From the human T2T-CHM13v2.0 reference genome, Homo sapiens: a stretch of 64,000 nt of DNA. The stretch lies in NCBI RefSeq assembly GCF_009914755.1, contig NC_060947.1, one strand, 5' to 3'. A program made the position numbers and the translations under genes. The notes beneath the pieces are model-generated. The model had not been told where the DNA came from. It saw only the letters and a list, made by a program, of their open reading frames with translations, and did no database searches. Of this stretch, positions 44,076-60,109 are shown piece by piece (within the stretch, counting starts at the first letter, position 1; each line of letters begins with the position of its first letter).

Positions 44076-44376
44076 TTTTTTTTTTTTTTTTTGAGACAGA
44101 GTCTTGCTCTGTGGCCCAGGCTGAAGTGCAGTGGCATGGTATCAGCTTACTGAAACCGCTGTCTCCCAGGCTGAAGTGATTCTCATGCCTCAGCCTCCCA
44201 AGTAGCTGGGATTACAGGTGTGCGCCACCATGCCTGGCTAATTTTTGTATTTTTAGTAGAGATGGGGTTTTGCCATGTTGGCCAAGCTGGTCTTGAATTC
44301 CTGGCCTCAAGTGATCCTCCTGCCTCGGCACCCCCCAAAGTGTTGGGATTACAGGCGTGAGCCACCACACCCAGCC
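44076..44376 (-). mobile_element. Alu
   Basis: Reverse Alu body. Confidence 0.93.
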
Positions 44377-44384
44377 CCAGAATC

Positions 44385-44745
44385 ATTTTTTGAAAAAGTG
44401 ATGTTTGAGCTGAAATCTGAAGACTGAATAGTCTTTGACTAAATAAAATAGGTAACAAAATCAGATTTATCTTATGAAAAGTTTACTCTGGATTTAGTGA
44501 GGAAAGTGGAAGAGTGGGAACAAAAATGGACATGAATAAGATTGTTAGGAGGCTATGGAAATCATTTAGGTAAGAGGTAATGGTTGCCTGATTTAGGGTT
44601 GGTCCTGGTGGTTGGGCGAAGCGTCTGGATTTGAGAATTATTTGTGAAGCACACAATAGATGAGGTTCAGTTATGGATTGTGTATGGGAGATTAAGGAAA
44701 GGGAGGTCACAAGAGGGACTTCTGGGTTTCTATTTAACTGGATGA
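44385..44745 (-). mobile_element. L2 fragment
   Basis: gttaggaggctatggaaatcatttaggtaagag motifs. Confidence 0.6.
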
Positions 44746-44749
44746 ATCA

Positions 44750-45575
44750 ATTATTATTATTTTAAATTGATAAATAATAATTGTATATATTTATAATGTT
44801 CAATCTGATGTTTGGAAATATGAATCCATTGTAGAATGGCTAAATGAAGATAATACTCATATTACATTATATACTTATTTTTTTGTGGTGAGAACACTTA
44901 AAGTGTACTCTGAGCAATTTTGAAGTATATAATACATAACTGTAGTAACTACAGTTAATAACAATGTATTATATACTTCCAAGTAACCAAGTTGTATACT
45001 TGGTTACTACAGTTAATAACAATGTATTATATACAGACCTCTTGAATTTATTCCTGTCAAACAGAAATTTGGTATCCTTTGACCAACATTTTCTCAATCC
45101 TCCCCACAAACATACACACAGCCTCTGGCAACCATCATTCTACTCTCTGTTTCCATGAGTACAACTTTTTCAGATTCCACATATAAGTGAGAACACGTGA
45201 TATTTGTCTTTCTGTGCCTGGCTTATTTCACTTACCGTAACATCCTGCAGTTTCATCCATGTTGCCACAAATGACAGCATTTCATTATTATGGCTGAATA
45301 CCATTCCATTGTGTCTATATACCACATTTTCTTTATCCATTCATTCACTGACAGACAGACATTTAGATTGATTCCGTATCTTTGCTATTGTGAATAGTGG
45401 TGCTGCAATGAACATGGGAGCACAGGTGTCTCACGGATAGACTTTATTTCCTTTGGATGCATACTGTGTAGTAGGACTGTTGGGTCATATGCTAGTTCTA
45501 TTTTTAATTTTTTAAGGACCCTCCATACTTTTTTCCATAATGGCTGTGCTAATTTACATTCCCATCAGCAGTATA
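44750..45575 (-). mobile_element. L1MA 3' end
   Basis: tttgtggtgagaacacttaaag…cagattccacatataagtgaga. Confidence 0.85.
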
Positions 45576-45699
45576 CTATATCACAGTCTTTACAGCCTCT
45601 GATAGCAGCTTGCTAGTTGCACCCCTCCCAATCATTAAGCTAATGCTAGATAATTTAGAAATATGGTTTTGCAACATCTACTTCTATGTATCTAATTCT

Positions 45700-46092
45700 T
45701 GTTTCAGTCAGATAAAGTAGGTTATGCTGAAGTAGCACCACCAAAATGTTATCAGTTGAACACAACAACAGTATATTCTTCACTCATTGGAAGTGCTTTA
45801 GGTCCAGGTGAGTCCCTAGGGAAGCTGTGCTTTATATAGTGGCACAGTATGCCCTATTGCTTTAATCCTGTGACACCTTATCAACACATGTTCTCATTAT
45901 ATATGGGATCTGGGAAGAGAGAGCATGGAGAATTGTGCACAGGCTCTTAAATGCTGCTTAACAAAAGTGACACCTCTGATTACAGTTTATTGGCCAAAAC
46001 AAATCACATCTGTATACTTAAATTTGAGAACAAATGTGTTTGAAAGTAGAAGAGAACAAAAAATCTTTAAAACACTAGCAATTGTCTGTCAC
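45700..46092 (-). mobile_element. Old MLT1 LTR
   Basis: tcagtcagataaagtaggttatgctgaagtag motif. Confidence 0.55.
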
Positions 46093-46650
46093 ATAATACA
46101 ATGTACAAGACAGTCCTAATGATGTGATTAGACATCAGCTAAAAGCTGTGAATGAAAACCTCTGTCCTTGCAGGCTTATACAATACAAAAGTTGCTAGAT
46201 TGACTTCAGTGTCTCTTTCATTTACTACCTTGGAACTTATGAGGAAAGTAGTGAGAAACATATGTAGCTAAGGTTATATAAGGGAGGTAGAGTTGTTTCC
46301 AGGATAGGAGGGAGGTAAAGGAACTAGACTACACTAGAGTAAAGGAAGATGGGTGTTTATGTGTGTGTATAAAACTGGCACTATGAATAAAACAATTTAA
46401 ATATCTGCCCTCATCAAGCTTACATTCCAATGGGAAGTTTATATGTTTATGTTTAGGTCCAGGGAGCCACAAAGACAAGATGTGTGTGTGTTTTTTTTTT
46501 TTTTTTCATGAAGAAAGTAGTTTTGAGAGAATACAAAGAGGCCTGATTTGGGACCCACTTGGAAAAGATCTTGCAGTGATCAGGAAAGCTCACGTGTGGT
46601 CTGGGAGTAGTCGTGGGATTAGAGATTACTGCTTTAAAGTGACATTTGCA

Positions 46651-46953
46651 TTTTGTTTGTTTGTTTGTTTGTTTTTTGCTCTTTCAGACGGAGTCTCACT
46701 TTGTGGCCCAGGCTGGAGTGCAGTGGTGTGATCTCGGCTCATTGCAACCTCCGCCTCCCAGATTCAAGCAATTCTCTGCCTCAGCCTCCCGAGTAGCTGA
46801 GATTATAGGCGCCCACCACCATGCCTGGCTAATTTTTTTGTATTTTTAGTAGAGAGGGGGTTTCACCATCTTGGCCAGGTTGGTCTTGATCTCCTGACCT
46901 GCCTCGGCTTCCCAAAGTGCTGGGATTACAGGCATGAGCCACCGTGCCCTGCC
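46651..46953 (-). mobile_element. Alu
   Basis: TSD gacatttgcatttt. Confidence 0.95.
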
Positions 46954-47277
46954 GACATTTGCATTTTTTATCATGGTAAATAGGCATTTGCCTTTTACAT
47001 TGCTATAAATGTTCCCAGAAGGTAGGGAAGCAGTACAGGACTGTGTGATATTATGTGCTACTGAGAAGTAATGAAGAACTTAGAGGACAATTATGGGGAA
47101 AGAAGAATAGCAACCACACCATCACCCCTACAAACATTACACACCTTTATCAGAAAGTCAACCTCATTCATGCTTTGTCTGCATACTTGCTGTTTGCTCT
47201 TGCCTGGAATGACACTGCTTTCCCACCCCCATCCTAGCTTATTTGGGCACACATAATAATAAAATTATATATGTAAG

Positions 47278-47910
<633 letters not shown>

Positions 47911-48254
47911 TTACTAGCAGAGTGCTTAACATATATTAGACTCTCAATTCTTTCCTTTTAAGACTGTATGAAGGGAGCAGATTCTGGATGTTATTCTCTC
48001 CCCTTGGGACAGCTAGACCCACTAGATAATTTGAAATAATTGGTGGAATTTAAAATTCACTACTTTTCACAGTTCTGTGTACTAACCCAGGGCTTAAAAT
48101 TTAGAGAAATGGGATACTGTATTTGAAATATTCAAAGAAGTTCTTAGTACATACTAAGCATCCAATGTCATTGTTAACTTATTCCCATGTATAGAAGAAT
48201 ATTTTTGGAAAAGCACTTCTTCAGTTTTGGAGAAACTTTAAAAATGCATTCTCA

Positions 48255-48572
<318 letters not shown>

Positions 48573-48593
48573 TCATAGCTGTTCCTCACCAAG

Positions 48594-48947
48594 TGATATG
48601 GTTTAGCTGTGTCCCCACCCAAATCTCAACTTGAATTATATCTCCCAGAATTCTCACGTGTTGTGGGAGGGACCCAGGGGAAGGTAATTGAATCATGGGG
48701 GCTGGTCTTTTCTGTGCTATTCTCATGATAGTGAATAAGTCGCACGAAATCTGATGTGTTTATCAGGGGTTAACACCTTTGCTTCATCCTTATTTTTTCT
48801 TGCCACCACCATGTAAGAAGTGCCTTTTGCCTCCTGCCTTGATTCTGAGGCCTCTCCAGCCATGTGGAACTGTAAGTCCAATTAAACCTCTTTTTGTTCC
48901 CAGTTTTAACTATGTCTTTATCAGCAGTGTGAAAACAAACTAATACA
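48594..48947 (+). mobile_element. THE1 solo LTR
   Basis: TGATATGGTTTAGCTGTGTCCCCACCC…CTAATACA; TSD CCAAG. Confidence 0.94.
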
Positions 48948-48996
48948 CCAAGGCTATGCAAATTTGTCTGGAGCAAAGTAGTAGATTAAGACCCTA

Positions 48997-49322
<326 letters not shown>

Positions 49323-49377
49323 CTAGTAATAATAGATTTAAAGTATCTGTCTCAGTGTCTAATATATAAGAAATTGT

Positions 49378-49680
49378 GGCTGGGCGTGGTGGCTCACGCT
49401 TGTAATCCCAGCACTTTGGGAGGCCAAGGTGGGCAGATCATGAAGCCAGGATTTTGAGACCAGCCTGGCCAACATGGTGAAACCCTGTCTCTACTAAAAA
49501 TACAAAAATAAGCTGGGCATGATGGCGTGCGACTGTAGTCAGAGCTACTCGGGAGGCTGAGGCAGGAGAATTGCTTGAACCCAGGAGGTGGAGTTTGCAG
49601 TGAGGTGAGATCTTGCCCACTGCACTTTAACCTGGGCAACAGAGCAAGACTCTGTCTCAAAAAAAAAAAAAAAAAAAAAA
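49378..49680 (+). mobile_element. Alu
   Basis: Full dimer with long A tail. Confidence 0.94.
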
Positions 49681-50946
49681 GAGAGAGAGAAGCTTAAGAA
49701 ATCGAAAATAAATTCCCTCCCCGTGTACACAGAAATTTGCACATAAAAAACCCTCTACTTACAGAATTTATCAAAATTATATACAAATATAAAATGGAAG
49801 TTGAGCTTTGATACTTGTTTTGTTTTAAAATCATACAATCTTGATAGCAGAAGTCAGTTTTTCAAAAGCCGGGATGTGTACCAGAGGAATATATGGGGGC
49901 TAAACAAATTCAGCTTTGAGCACAATGATATCAAGCATGGCAGCAGGATCAGCAAGGGGCAGGGAAGGAATGTGGCTATCTTCCCCAGTGCCAGTCAGTC
50001 TAGTGCTCTGCTGAGTCAAGTTATAAGAAAAGCAATAAAAGGAAGGAACAAAACAGAACGATTCAAGGAACAAATGACATGTCCACAATAGAGCCACTAT
50101 GTAGCTTATATTGGAATAGTATATAAAAAATTATAACAGAAATTGCCACAATAAAATCCATCATAGACACATCTGGACAGGTCTGGGCAAGTTTAAGAAG
50201 ACAGGCAGTCCATGTCTCAGGACCTAGCAGATGGTGAGAAGGAAGTGGGTAGTGTGACAGGGCAACAAAAAAGCGCATAAAGGGGAGGAAAATACATGAC
50301 TGTTGCCACAGATAAACACTGGATATGCCATGGTGGTAAAGTGAGAAGCAAATTTTGCTATCCGGGTCTCTCTCTGTCTTTACACACATGCACCCAGCCA
50401 TGAACATGTGCACACACACACACATCACCACCACCATCACCTTTGAAAAAAATCCTGAGTATCTTCTGAGTGCCATGAATACTGACAGAGTCAGATTATC
50501 TTCTGATTAGATAAGTGAGGTCAAAAATCCCATTGTTGACCTGCATTCTCGTGTTCCTTACAGAAGGTAATTCAAGTATCTTCTGACCTGCTCATACTTG
50601 CCAAGCTGGGCAAGAATGATGATGGTGAAGAGCAATTTGGAGAAAAAAAAATTATCAAGAGGGTGAAGTAAAGCAGTTCATCATGTTTGTTACCTGTCTG
50701 TTAGTGATACTGTCCTTTTGACTCAAGAAAAATCCTGCAAAGCTTCAGAGGAACTAGTGTAAAGGTGAAAACAGGGAGAGTGGGAAGCCAGCTGATCTGA
50801 CCTCAGTGAGTAGTGCTGAGTTCACAATGTAGCCAGAATAACAGAAAAGAAGAGCAAGCAACTATTTTCACCACATCAATAGCAATGTTATTTAGATGTT
50901 AAATAACTCAAAAAGGAAGAAAATACAACTCAGACCAGAAGGAGGG

Positions 50947-51255
50947 TATGGTAGGCAAAATAATGACCCCTCAAAAATGTCCATGTCCTAATCCCTGGAA
51001 CCTATGAATATGTCAGCTACGTTTGCAGATGTGATAAAGTTAAGGACTTTGAAATAGGGAAATTATTCTGGATGATCAAGGTAGGCTCAATGTAATTACC
51101 AAGGGCCTTAATAGTGGACAAGGGGGACAGAAGTGGTCAGAGTGATAATGATGAGTAAAGGCCTTGACCTATTGTTGCTGGCGTTGAAGAGGGAGGAAGG
51201 GCCCGTGAGCCATGTCATGTGGGTTGGGCTCTAGAGCTCAAAAAGGAAAGAAACT
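50947..51255 (+). mobile_element. MLT1D-like LTR fragment
   Basis: tggtaggcaaaataatgacccctcaaaaatgtccatgtcctaatccctggaacc. Confidence 0.8.
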
Positions 51256-51719
51256 GGTTCATTGTGAAGATTACATAGCATAGGTACCCTAGTCCACCAC
51301 GCAAAAGATCTGACAGTGCACCACCTAGTTTGGCCAGGCAAAACCAAGAATGTCTGAATTCTATCTTACACACTAGCTAGCATTTTTACAACATCAAACC
51401 TGAAGATCTATAATCATAAAGTCTTTGAGCAGGTATGCTGGAGGATGCTGTAAAAGGAATTCACATTTTCCTAGGAGGTTGAAAGTGGTGACACCTAAGG
51501 CTTATTTTATTTCTGATCAGCAGTAGCCATCTGGCCCCATAGTATCCCTCAGTCTGCAGCTTTAGAAGTTGCAGAAAGGATGATTATAACTTCGGGGAAC
51601 AAGGAGTGAACTGTAGTTAGCACCTGGCTTTCCAATATAAATAAACTCTACAGGTCTGTGTTACCTTTCATAGGGCACAGGTTGTTTATAATAGAATGTG
51701 ACATGTATGTTGTTAAACA

Positions 51720-51817
51720 CTTTTATGTTTCATTCACTGTTGTATCTCCAGAACCTGGAGGAGTTTCTGGCATACAGTAGCTACTCAATAACTATTTTTG
51801 GAATAAATAAGTGAATG
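51720..51817 (+). mobile_element. L2 3' end
   Basis: ttcactgttgtatctccagaacct…ctcaataactattttt. Confidence 0.7.
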
Positions 51818-52234
51818 TTGGCTACTGAACACTAGAGACGACATAGATTTTACAGAAGGTAATTCAAGTATCTTCTGACCAGCTCCTCTATAAAAACAAG
51901 CCACCATCAGCCAATCTTTTCTTTAATGTATTTACTAATTTGTAGATAAGGGAATTTCAGAAGACATAGTATACTGAAACAAAGCAAGGTCTTTGACATG
52001 TGTGATTACTATTTTCCTGTAAACAAATATGGACTGTAGCTGAATATGTGGAGGTTAAAAAACAAAACAAATCAAATGTGAGCTAAATGCAAGAATATTC
52101 ATGTAGATTAATTTCTGATTAAATAACCATATTGAAAGCTGCCTCATTATTTAATGAGCATCAATCTGGAGTGAAGTCCCTTGTGACCTGCAAGGCTCTA
52201 TCCTTGTTGCTTGCAATTATTTATACATTTTTAA

Positions 52235-52531
52235 AATTTTGTATTTTTAGAGACAGGGTCTCACTCTGTAACCCAGACTGGAGTACAGAGGCATCATCAT
52301 ACCTCACTGTAACTTCAAACTGTTAGGTTCAACCAATCTTCCTACCTCATCCTCCAGAGTAGGTAGGACTACAGGCATGTGCTGCCATGCCCGGCTAATT
52401 AAAAAAAAAAAAAAAATGTAGAGATAGGGTCTCACTGTGTTGCCCAGGCATGTCTCAAACTCTTGGCCTCAAGTGATCCTCCTGCCTTGGCCTCCCAAAG
52501 GCTTGGGATTCCAGGTATGAGCCACCAGGCC
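52235..52531 (-). mobile_element. AluJ-type
   Basis: gagacagggtctcactct and gtctcactgtgttgcccagg. Confidence 0.9.
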
Positions 52532-53136
52532 AACCAAATACTTGCATTTAAGTACTTTTATCTGTGACTTATTTGGATGCAGATATGAGAACATGCTCAC
52601 AGAATATGCAGATAATACATAACTGAGAGTAAGAGCCTCTATGATGAATAGCAGAGTCCAGATCCTCAAATGTCTTGCCAGCTTGAATAATGCACTGAAT
52701 CTATGATGGTGATATATAATAAGGACAAGTTGGGGGAGGGTTAGCAACAATAAATTCAATGTGAAGCAAAATGTAGATATGGCTACCTAAAATGTAATGG
52801 CTCTTAGGCCATAATAGTGATATAGTATCTAAACTCCGCATAGTTTCATAACCACCTAGAATATCTGTTCTGGGAATCACATTCTAAAAGAAAATAAACA
52901 AATTGCATTGCATTTAAAGGAAGGCAAATAGAATGATGGAGCTGATTTCTAATATCAGATGGTGAGAACAGACTGAAGATATTGTTGATGTTATAAGAAA
53001 GGCAGAAGCAGAAGGTTGCATGACACTCATATGCAAATATTTTAAAGAAAGGTAGTAATAATATAGTGGGAAGGTGGATTCTAGAGAAACGCAGCCTAAG
53101 TTTAAATTCCAAGTCTGCCACTTCCCAAATTTGTGA

Positions 53137-54116
53137 TGTAAGGAAGAAAAAAATAGTATCTTTTCCTCATCCATCGCAAGGTTCATGGCTGATATCCCTA
53201 TAAAACAGATTAACAAGAGAAAAGCATATTTAGCCAAAGTTTTATGTGACACGGAGCTTTAAAAAATGAAGACCCAAGACCCAGGGAAAACTACGTATTT
53301 TTATACTAAGTGTGATATAAGAGGTGGATAGTTGTAGAGAAATGTGATTGGACAAAAAAGGGGTATTATCTAATGGTAATAAATTGGGGGGAACTCAGTA
53401 AGGCCTGTGTCCTCAGATTCTTTCCTGTGTTTCTGTGTAACAATCTTTCCATCCCCCCCACCATCTCCCCCTTCTTTATTCCATACGGTAGGACACTTGT
53501 TATATGAGAGTCTCCAAGTCAGAAGGGAGGAGGTCAGCAAGTGACATCCCTAGGTTTCCCTTCCCTTCCCTTCCCTTCCCTCCCCTCCCTTCCCCTCCCC
53601 TTCTTTCTCTTTCTCTTTTCTTTTCTTCTTTTCTTTTTTAAAACAGGGTCTCACTCTGTTGCTTAGGCTGGAATACAATGGCACTATCTTGGCTCACTGC
53701 AACCTCCAGTTCCTGGGCTCAATCAATTCTCCCACTTCAGCCTCTTGAGTAGCTGAGACTACAGGTGCTCATCACTACGCCCAGCTAATTTTTTGTAGTT
53801 TTCGTAGTGTCAGGATCTCACCATGTTGCCCAGGCTGGTCTCAAACTCCTGGGCTCAAGCCATCTGCCAAGGCTTGGACTCCCAAAGTGCTGGGATTACA
53901 GGCGTCAGCCACCGCGCCCAGCCCCTTCCTAGGTTTTCTCATTTGCTTAAAGGGAGAGGAATTCTAGCTTCCCTAACCCACTTCAGGGGAGAAAGGAGGG
54001 TGAGAGAACACTGGAGAGACCTTCCTGCTTCTGTAGCCCTCACAATCTTCTTGAGTTAAAAATATTCAGCATGCGAAAACTTTGTACTTTTGGGTATCGT
54101 GTTCTGAATTCTGGCA
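53137..54116 (-). mobile_element. ERV1 solo LTR (MER31/MER39-like) inserted in a MIR, containing an AluJ
   Basis: TG…CA with TSD GTGA (53133-53136 and 54117-54120); MIR text resumes after it. Confidence 0.75.
53556..53923 (-). mobile_element. AluJ-type with pyrimidine microsatellite tail
   Basis: TSD cctaggttt. Confidence 0.9.
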
Positions 54117-54559
54117 GTGACCTTCAGCAAATTACTTAACCTCTCTTAAAGTCTCATTTTCCTCTTCCGTAAAATTTGTACATGAACAGCATGAAGCATG
54201 TCTATATGACATCAAACGTTTTTTAAGCCATATTATTTAATATTTAATAAATACAGCAAAAAAAGAATGTAATGTATGTTTTGACTACATATATTATGAT
54301 AAGCATAGAAAAAGACCTAGAAGAATAATATAAAATAAAAATAGAGGTTACTTCTCTTTATAACTATTATGATGATGTACTGAATTATTATTTGTAAAGT
54401 ACTCAAAACAATGCCTGATAGGTATCAGCTGTGACATAAGTATTTGTAAAACAAAGCACAAAGAGGTGTTGTCAGGATTAAAGAACTTAATGCATATAAA
54501 GTACTTAGAACAGGGCCTGCTGGATAATGAATACAAGAAGTATAGCTGCTATATTTCTG

Positions 54560-55212
<653 letters not shown>

Positions 55213-55653
55213 GTTTTTTAAGGACTGTAATGTGAAAGTGGGATTAGACTTGACCTCCAAAAACAGTGTTCTAGGAAAATAGCAGAAATGTATAAGGAGT
55301 TGCATCTCAACAGACAAAAGAACTTTTCAATAGTAAGAGTTTTCCACTTGTGCTGGTGAGGGTATATAATCTGTACTCTTGATTCAGATAGATATGTTTA
55401 AATCTCAATTCTTTCCTTTTTGAGCTTTGATTTTTCTCACCTATAAACTGGGCAAACGTTGAAAGTAATTCTAACTATTAAATAAGAATATTTTAAGAGG
55501 ATCATTGTCTTATTCTAGAACAGTGTCTGGAACTTAGTAGGCACTCAATAAATATTTCTTGAATGGGTTTGCTAAAAGAAAATGCTTCAGTGTTAGTTAC
55601 CGTAGGATCAGGGAGAGCTTCCACCTTGGCCCTCTGAAGGTTCACCAAAAAAT

Positions 55654-56224
55654 TGAGAGAGGAGAAAGGAAAAAACCCAGTCAGGCAGGCAGTTAGTGTG
55701 GGTCCTTGGATGAATTCTTTCAAACAAAAGAACAGCCTGCTGGCACAGATAAGGGAACTTGCACAAGGGGGCTTGCCTAAGCCATGGCCACAGCTACACA
55801 GACAAGAAAGGCTACACAGCTGACTTGCCCAGACATGCCCGCAATGGAAAATTCTGTCCCCTGGCACGTGCGCACAGTAAGGAGAACAAAGCAATATGGA
55901 GTAACTCAAGCTGAGGGCCTGCATGCACATTAGGAGGATTGGGTGGAGCTACCACAAATTTGTGCCTTATGCAAATAAGACGCCCAGCCCTCATCAGTTT
56001 CTTACAAAAGCCTTTGCGTTCAATTGCAAAAATGGCAACCCTCCTCCAGGACTCCTCTCTGTGGCAGAATGCTTTCTCTCTTTCTTTCACTTTTTTAACT
56101 TCTGCTCTAACCTCACTCTTGGTGTGTCCACGTCCTGGATTTTCTCGCCATTAGACAAAGATCTCCAGGTAATACCTAACAACAAGAGACTGCTACATTG
56201 TGGTGCATTGGCGAGACTGTAACA
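55654..56224 (+). mobile_element. ERV1 solo LTR (MER66-like)
   Basis: TGAGAGAGGAGAAAGG…GTAACA; TSD AAAT. Confidence 0.75.
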
Positions 56225-56341
56225 AAATCAACTCACAAAAGACAGATTAATTGGAGAAAAGGCAAATTTGTTTAACATATATACACGGGAGCCTTCAGAA
56301 TGAACACCTAATCCCCCAAGGATGTTCGGGAGCTTATATAC

Positions 56342-56605
56342 TCTTAAAAGAAAAACTTCAGTTGAATTAAATTTAAAGGAGTTTAATTGAGCAATGAATG
56401 ATTTGAGTTTGAACACTCAGCAGTGTATGAATGGTTGAAGTATGACTGCTGGGATCGGCCAAGACTCAGCTATTGCTACAGATGCATATTCCTAAGTTAG
56501 GTTTTCAATCTTGTCTACCTATTAAGTTAGGTTACAGTTCATCCACAAGGACTCAAATATAGAAATACGGAGTCCTTCTCAGGCCATATTTAGTTCACTT
56601 TTACA
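56342..56605 (-). mobile_element. MER57A-like solo LTR with internal deletion
   Basis: Homologous to 39109-39538; TSD ATAC. Confidence 0.85.
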
Positions 56606-57471
56606 ATACCATCCTGATAAAATAGGTTATGGAAGGGTGGAGAAGAGGAATTCTGTTGAGGGAATTACGAGGGAGAATGAATGGATCCAGGAATAGAGAT
56701 TAACTTGTAAATAGTTCTGTTTGACCGTGCAAGGGTCTGTTCAAGTGTGGTTACATTCTTGGTCTTATAGGGAGGGGAAGAAAAAACAATTTTTCTCCTT
56801 GGTGGGTCTGGATATTAGGCAGATAAAGGAACTTCAGCTTCTTTGGGAGAGGCTATGGGGGCAGTGGGGAAGGTCAGAGAGACCTTGAGAGTTCTTCAGT
56901 TCAGCATGTCAACACCTATTTGGGGATATTAGTTTCTGAGCCCCAACATTATCTTTCCTATTTCCTGACAAAAATCCAATCTTTATAGAGATTTCAAGAA
57001 ACACTTCAACTTGCAAAAAAGAGGCATGGAAAGAATGGGACTGTTTATAATAATGAAAAATGGGGAAAAGAAAACTAAAAGGAGAAATTCACAGCTAAGT
57101 ACAACCCATGCAGATGAAAGTTCATTTCTCAGATAGTGTCTTTGTAAGTTGGAGGGGGAGGGTCGAGATCTCTTCTCCTTCTCTTCAATATCCCTTTCCT
57201 CCAAGGCCATCCAGGAAGTCTTACACAGTAAAACACAGTTTAGGAACTAACACCTTTAAAGGTCTCAGGGATTTGAATAGATTGAAATTGTCTGAGGGAA
57301 TGTGTTTTCTGAATCGTTTTTGATAAGCCATTCAAAGAAAAGAGAAAGAGTCCTTCAAATGACTCTCTATACCAACTTTTCCCCTGATGAAACACCTGTT
57401 TTCAGATATTATTCTTAACTTTTCAATGAAAGACTCAGGAATGAAGAAAAATAAGAAGCACAAAATAATAA

Positions 57472-58037
<566 letters not shown>

Positions 58038-60109
58038 TGATATTTCTCTCCTGTGAAAAGAAAAAGATGCAAGGGTATTGAAAATCTGCTGATTCGGTTG
58101 CTGCAATGCAGTCTTGAAATCTCATTGCCAATTTAAGTAGGATAGCAGGGGAAAATATTTTATAGATTCAAAGAACAGCTTCTGTCACTTTTTCAGCCTC
58201 TCCTTTTCCAAAGGCCAAATGTTAGGATAAGTTGTGTTTATGTTGTACAACGTTTTTTAATTCTTAAACTCTAAAACCTCCTCCAAGTTAAGCAGATTTC
58301 AAGGGCTGAGAAACAAAAGTGAGTGAACAAAGGAAGCAAGTCTGACCACCAAGGGGAAAAGAGGCGGTAATAGCAGCCTGCAGCATTTCAGGTCTTTTCA
58401 ATAGTGCCCAGTGCCCCTCGGGAAACAGAATATAACTGGAAATTGCCAATTAAAACATGAAGTCAGAATTGCAGATTTTCCAAACAGGTGATTTCTCTGG
58501 CATGCTATAAGGCTGTGCAGAATCAGACTTGAGACCCTGAATTGGATAGCATATGGGGAAAATATAATTTGCAAGCAGAAGTTAAATTTGTTTTCTATTT
58601 AAAATTTCACAGGAGCTGGAACTGATTAGTCCTTTCTTTATGGAAAGCAGAAAATGAGAAAATCAGGGTAATGATCATTAGTGAAATGTGATACACATTG
58701 ATATTCTGTAACCAGCCGAACTACAGGTGATTAATCATTAAGGCAATCACATATTCTTTACTATTTTTAGGAATCTCAGATATTTCCATTATAAATGCAC
58801 AATGATGAAAGTGCCTCTTTAGAAGCAGCTGATCGTTAAATGGGTTATAAGCTAAATGAAATACAAATCAGCTAACATTTTAAATTTACTGTCATTATTA
58901 CATAAAAAATGCTTTGGCTTTTAATATATATAATCTGTTAAATGAGAGAAAGCTATGTATATCTGTAAGTAAATAACTTGTTTATGTTCAAAATTTAAAC
59001 TCATAAAGTTTGGAGGGTTTTTTTTTTTCTTATATTCGGACACAAACCAGATACTGAATTAAAACAAAATTTTTTTCTTTAAGTTTTAAAAAGAGGGAGA
59101 ATTTACTTAAAGTATATAAAAGAGTAGACTCTGTGGCAATCATAGCAGTGACTCAAAACTAAGAAAGAAAAAAATTTGCTATTGCTACACGTCAAGTAAC
59201 AAAATTAGATGAAGAATTTTGCTGTTGCGCAGAAGTCAAACATTAAAACTTTTAATTCTTAAAATATTTTTATAGGTACTATTGGAAGTGTTACTAGTAA
59301 AGGTAAGAGTGTTTGATAGTTCCACAATGTGAAGATACGCTAAATACGTGGTAAATGAAGATTCATAATATCTATATGTGATTATTCATGTAAAGGTAAA
59401 GAATCATACATTATTTTAATACATATTTTTCTCTCACTTGTTTCTTCCATATTTTCTTTGTAATAGTGGAAAAATATATATGGGGGCCATCTAGTGGCCA
59501 ATGCAATACTTTTTTTTTTTTTTTTTGGCTTTGAAATTAATTATTAGTTTTCCAGAATTGTATTCTATCTCTTCTGCTGTCAAAACAAGGAGAGATAAAC
59601 ATGATTTCCATGATGATAAGAATCCCTTAGTAGGTGTTTTCTCCATTGAACTGTTTGGATGTCATCCTTTAAAATTTGTTAACCGGTGGTGGAAGCTGGG
59701 AGGTGGGGGAAACATGAATAATGACAAAAGCCTTAAATGTCAAGAGAGATTTGCTTAATCAGTTCAGTATTTAAGCAACTTGATCAGCAAAGGTGCTTGG
59801 CTTTAACAGTTTTTTAAAGAATCATTTTTGAGTGCAGGTTTAAAATTGCATTACTACCAATCCGAGTGACATAGTAAATCAATTGAGGACAGGGCTGTAA
59901 TATTCAGCAGGTATGCACTTCAACTGCTGAGGCTTCACAGCTAGTATCTCTTCTGATCTGTTAGTGCTTCTGCTGTGCCTGTTGACTATCATGTTGAGTG
60001 GTGGATGTGAAATATCTATGTATAGAGGAATATGCCTGTGCCTAGTTCCTATAATAAATCAGGCAAATTATCTAACCAGAATCTTGCTGTTCATTTAAGA
60101 ACTACAGTT

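Larger units (their letters stand above)
55601..56948 (-). mobile_element. MER31-like LTR hosting two nested LTRs
   Basis: Reverse start TGTTGGGGCTCAGAAAC; TSD ttac/ttat. Confidence 0.75.
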
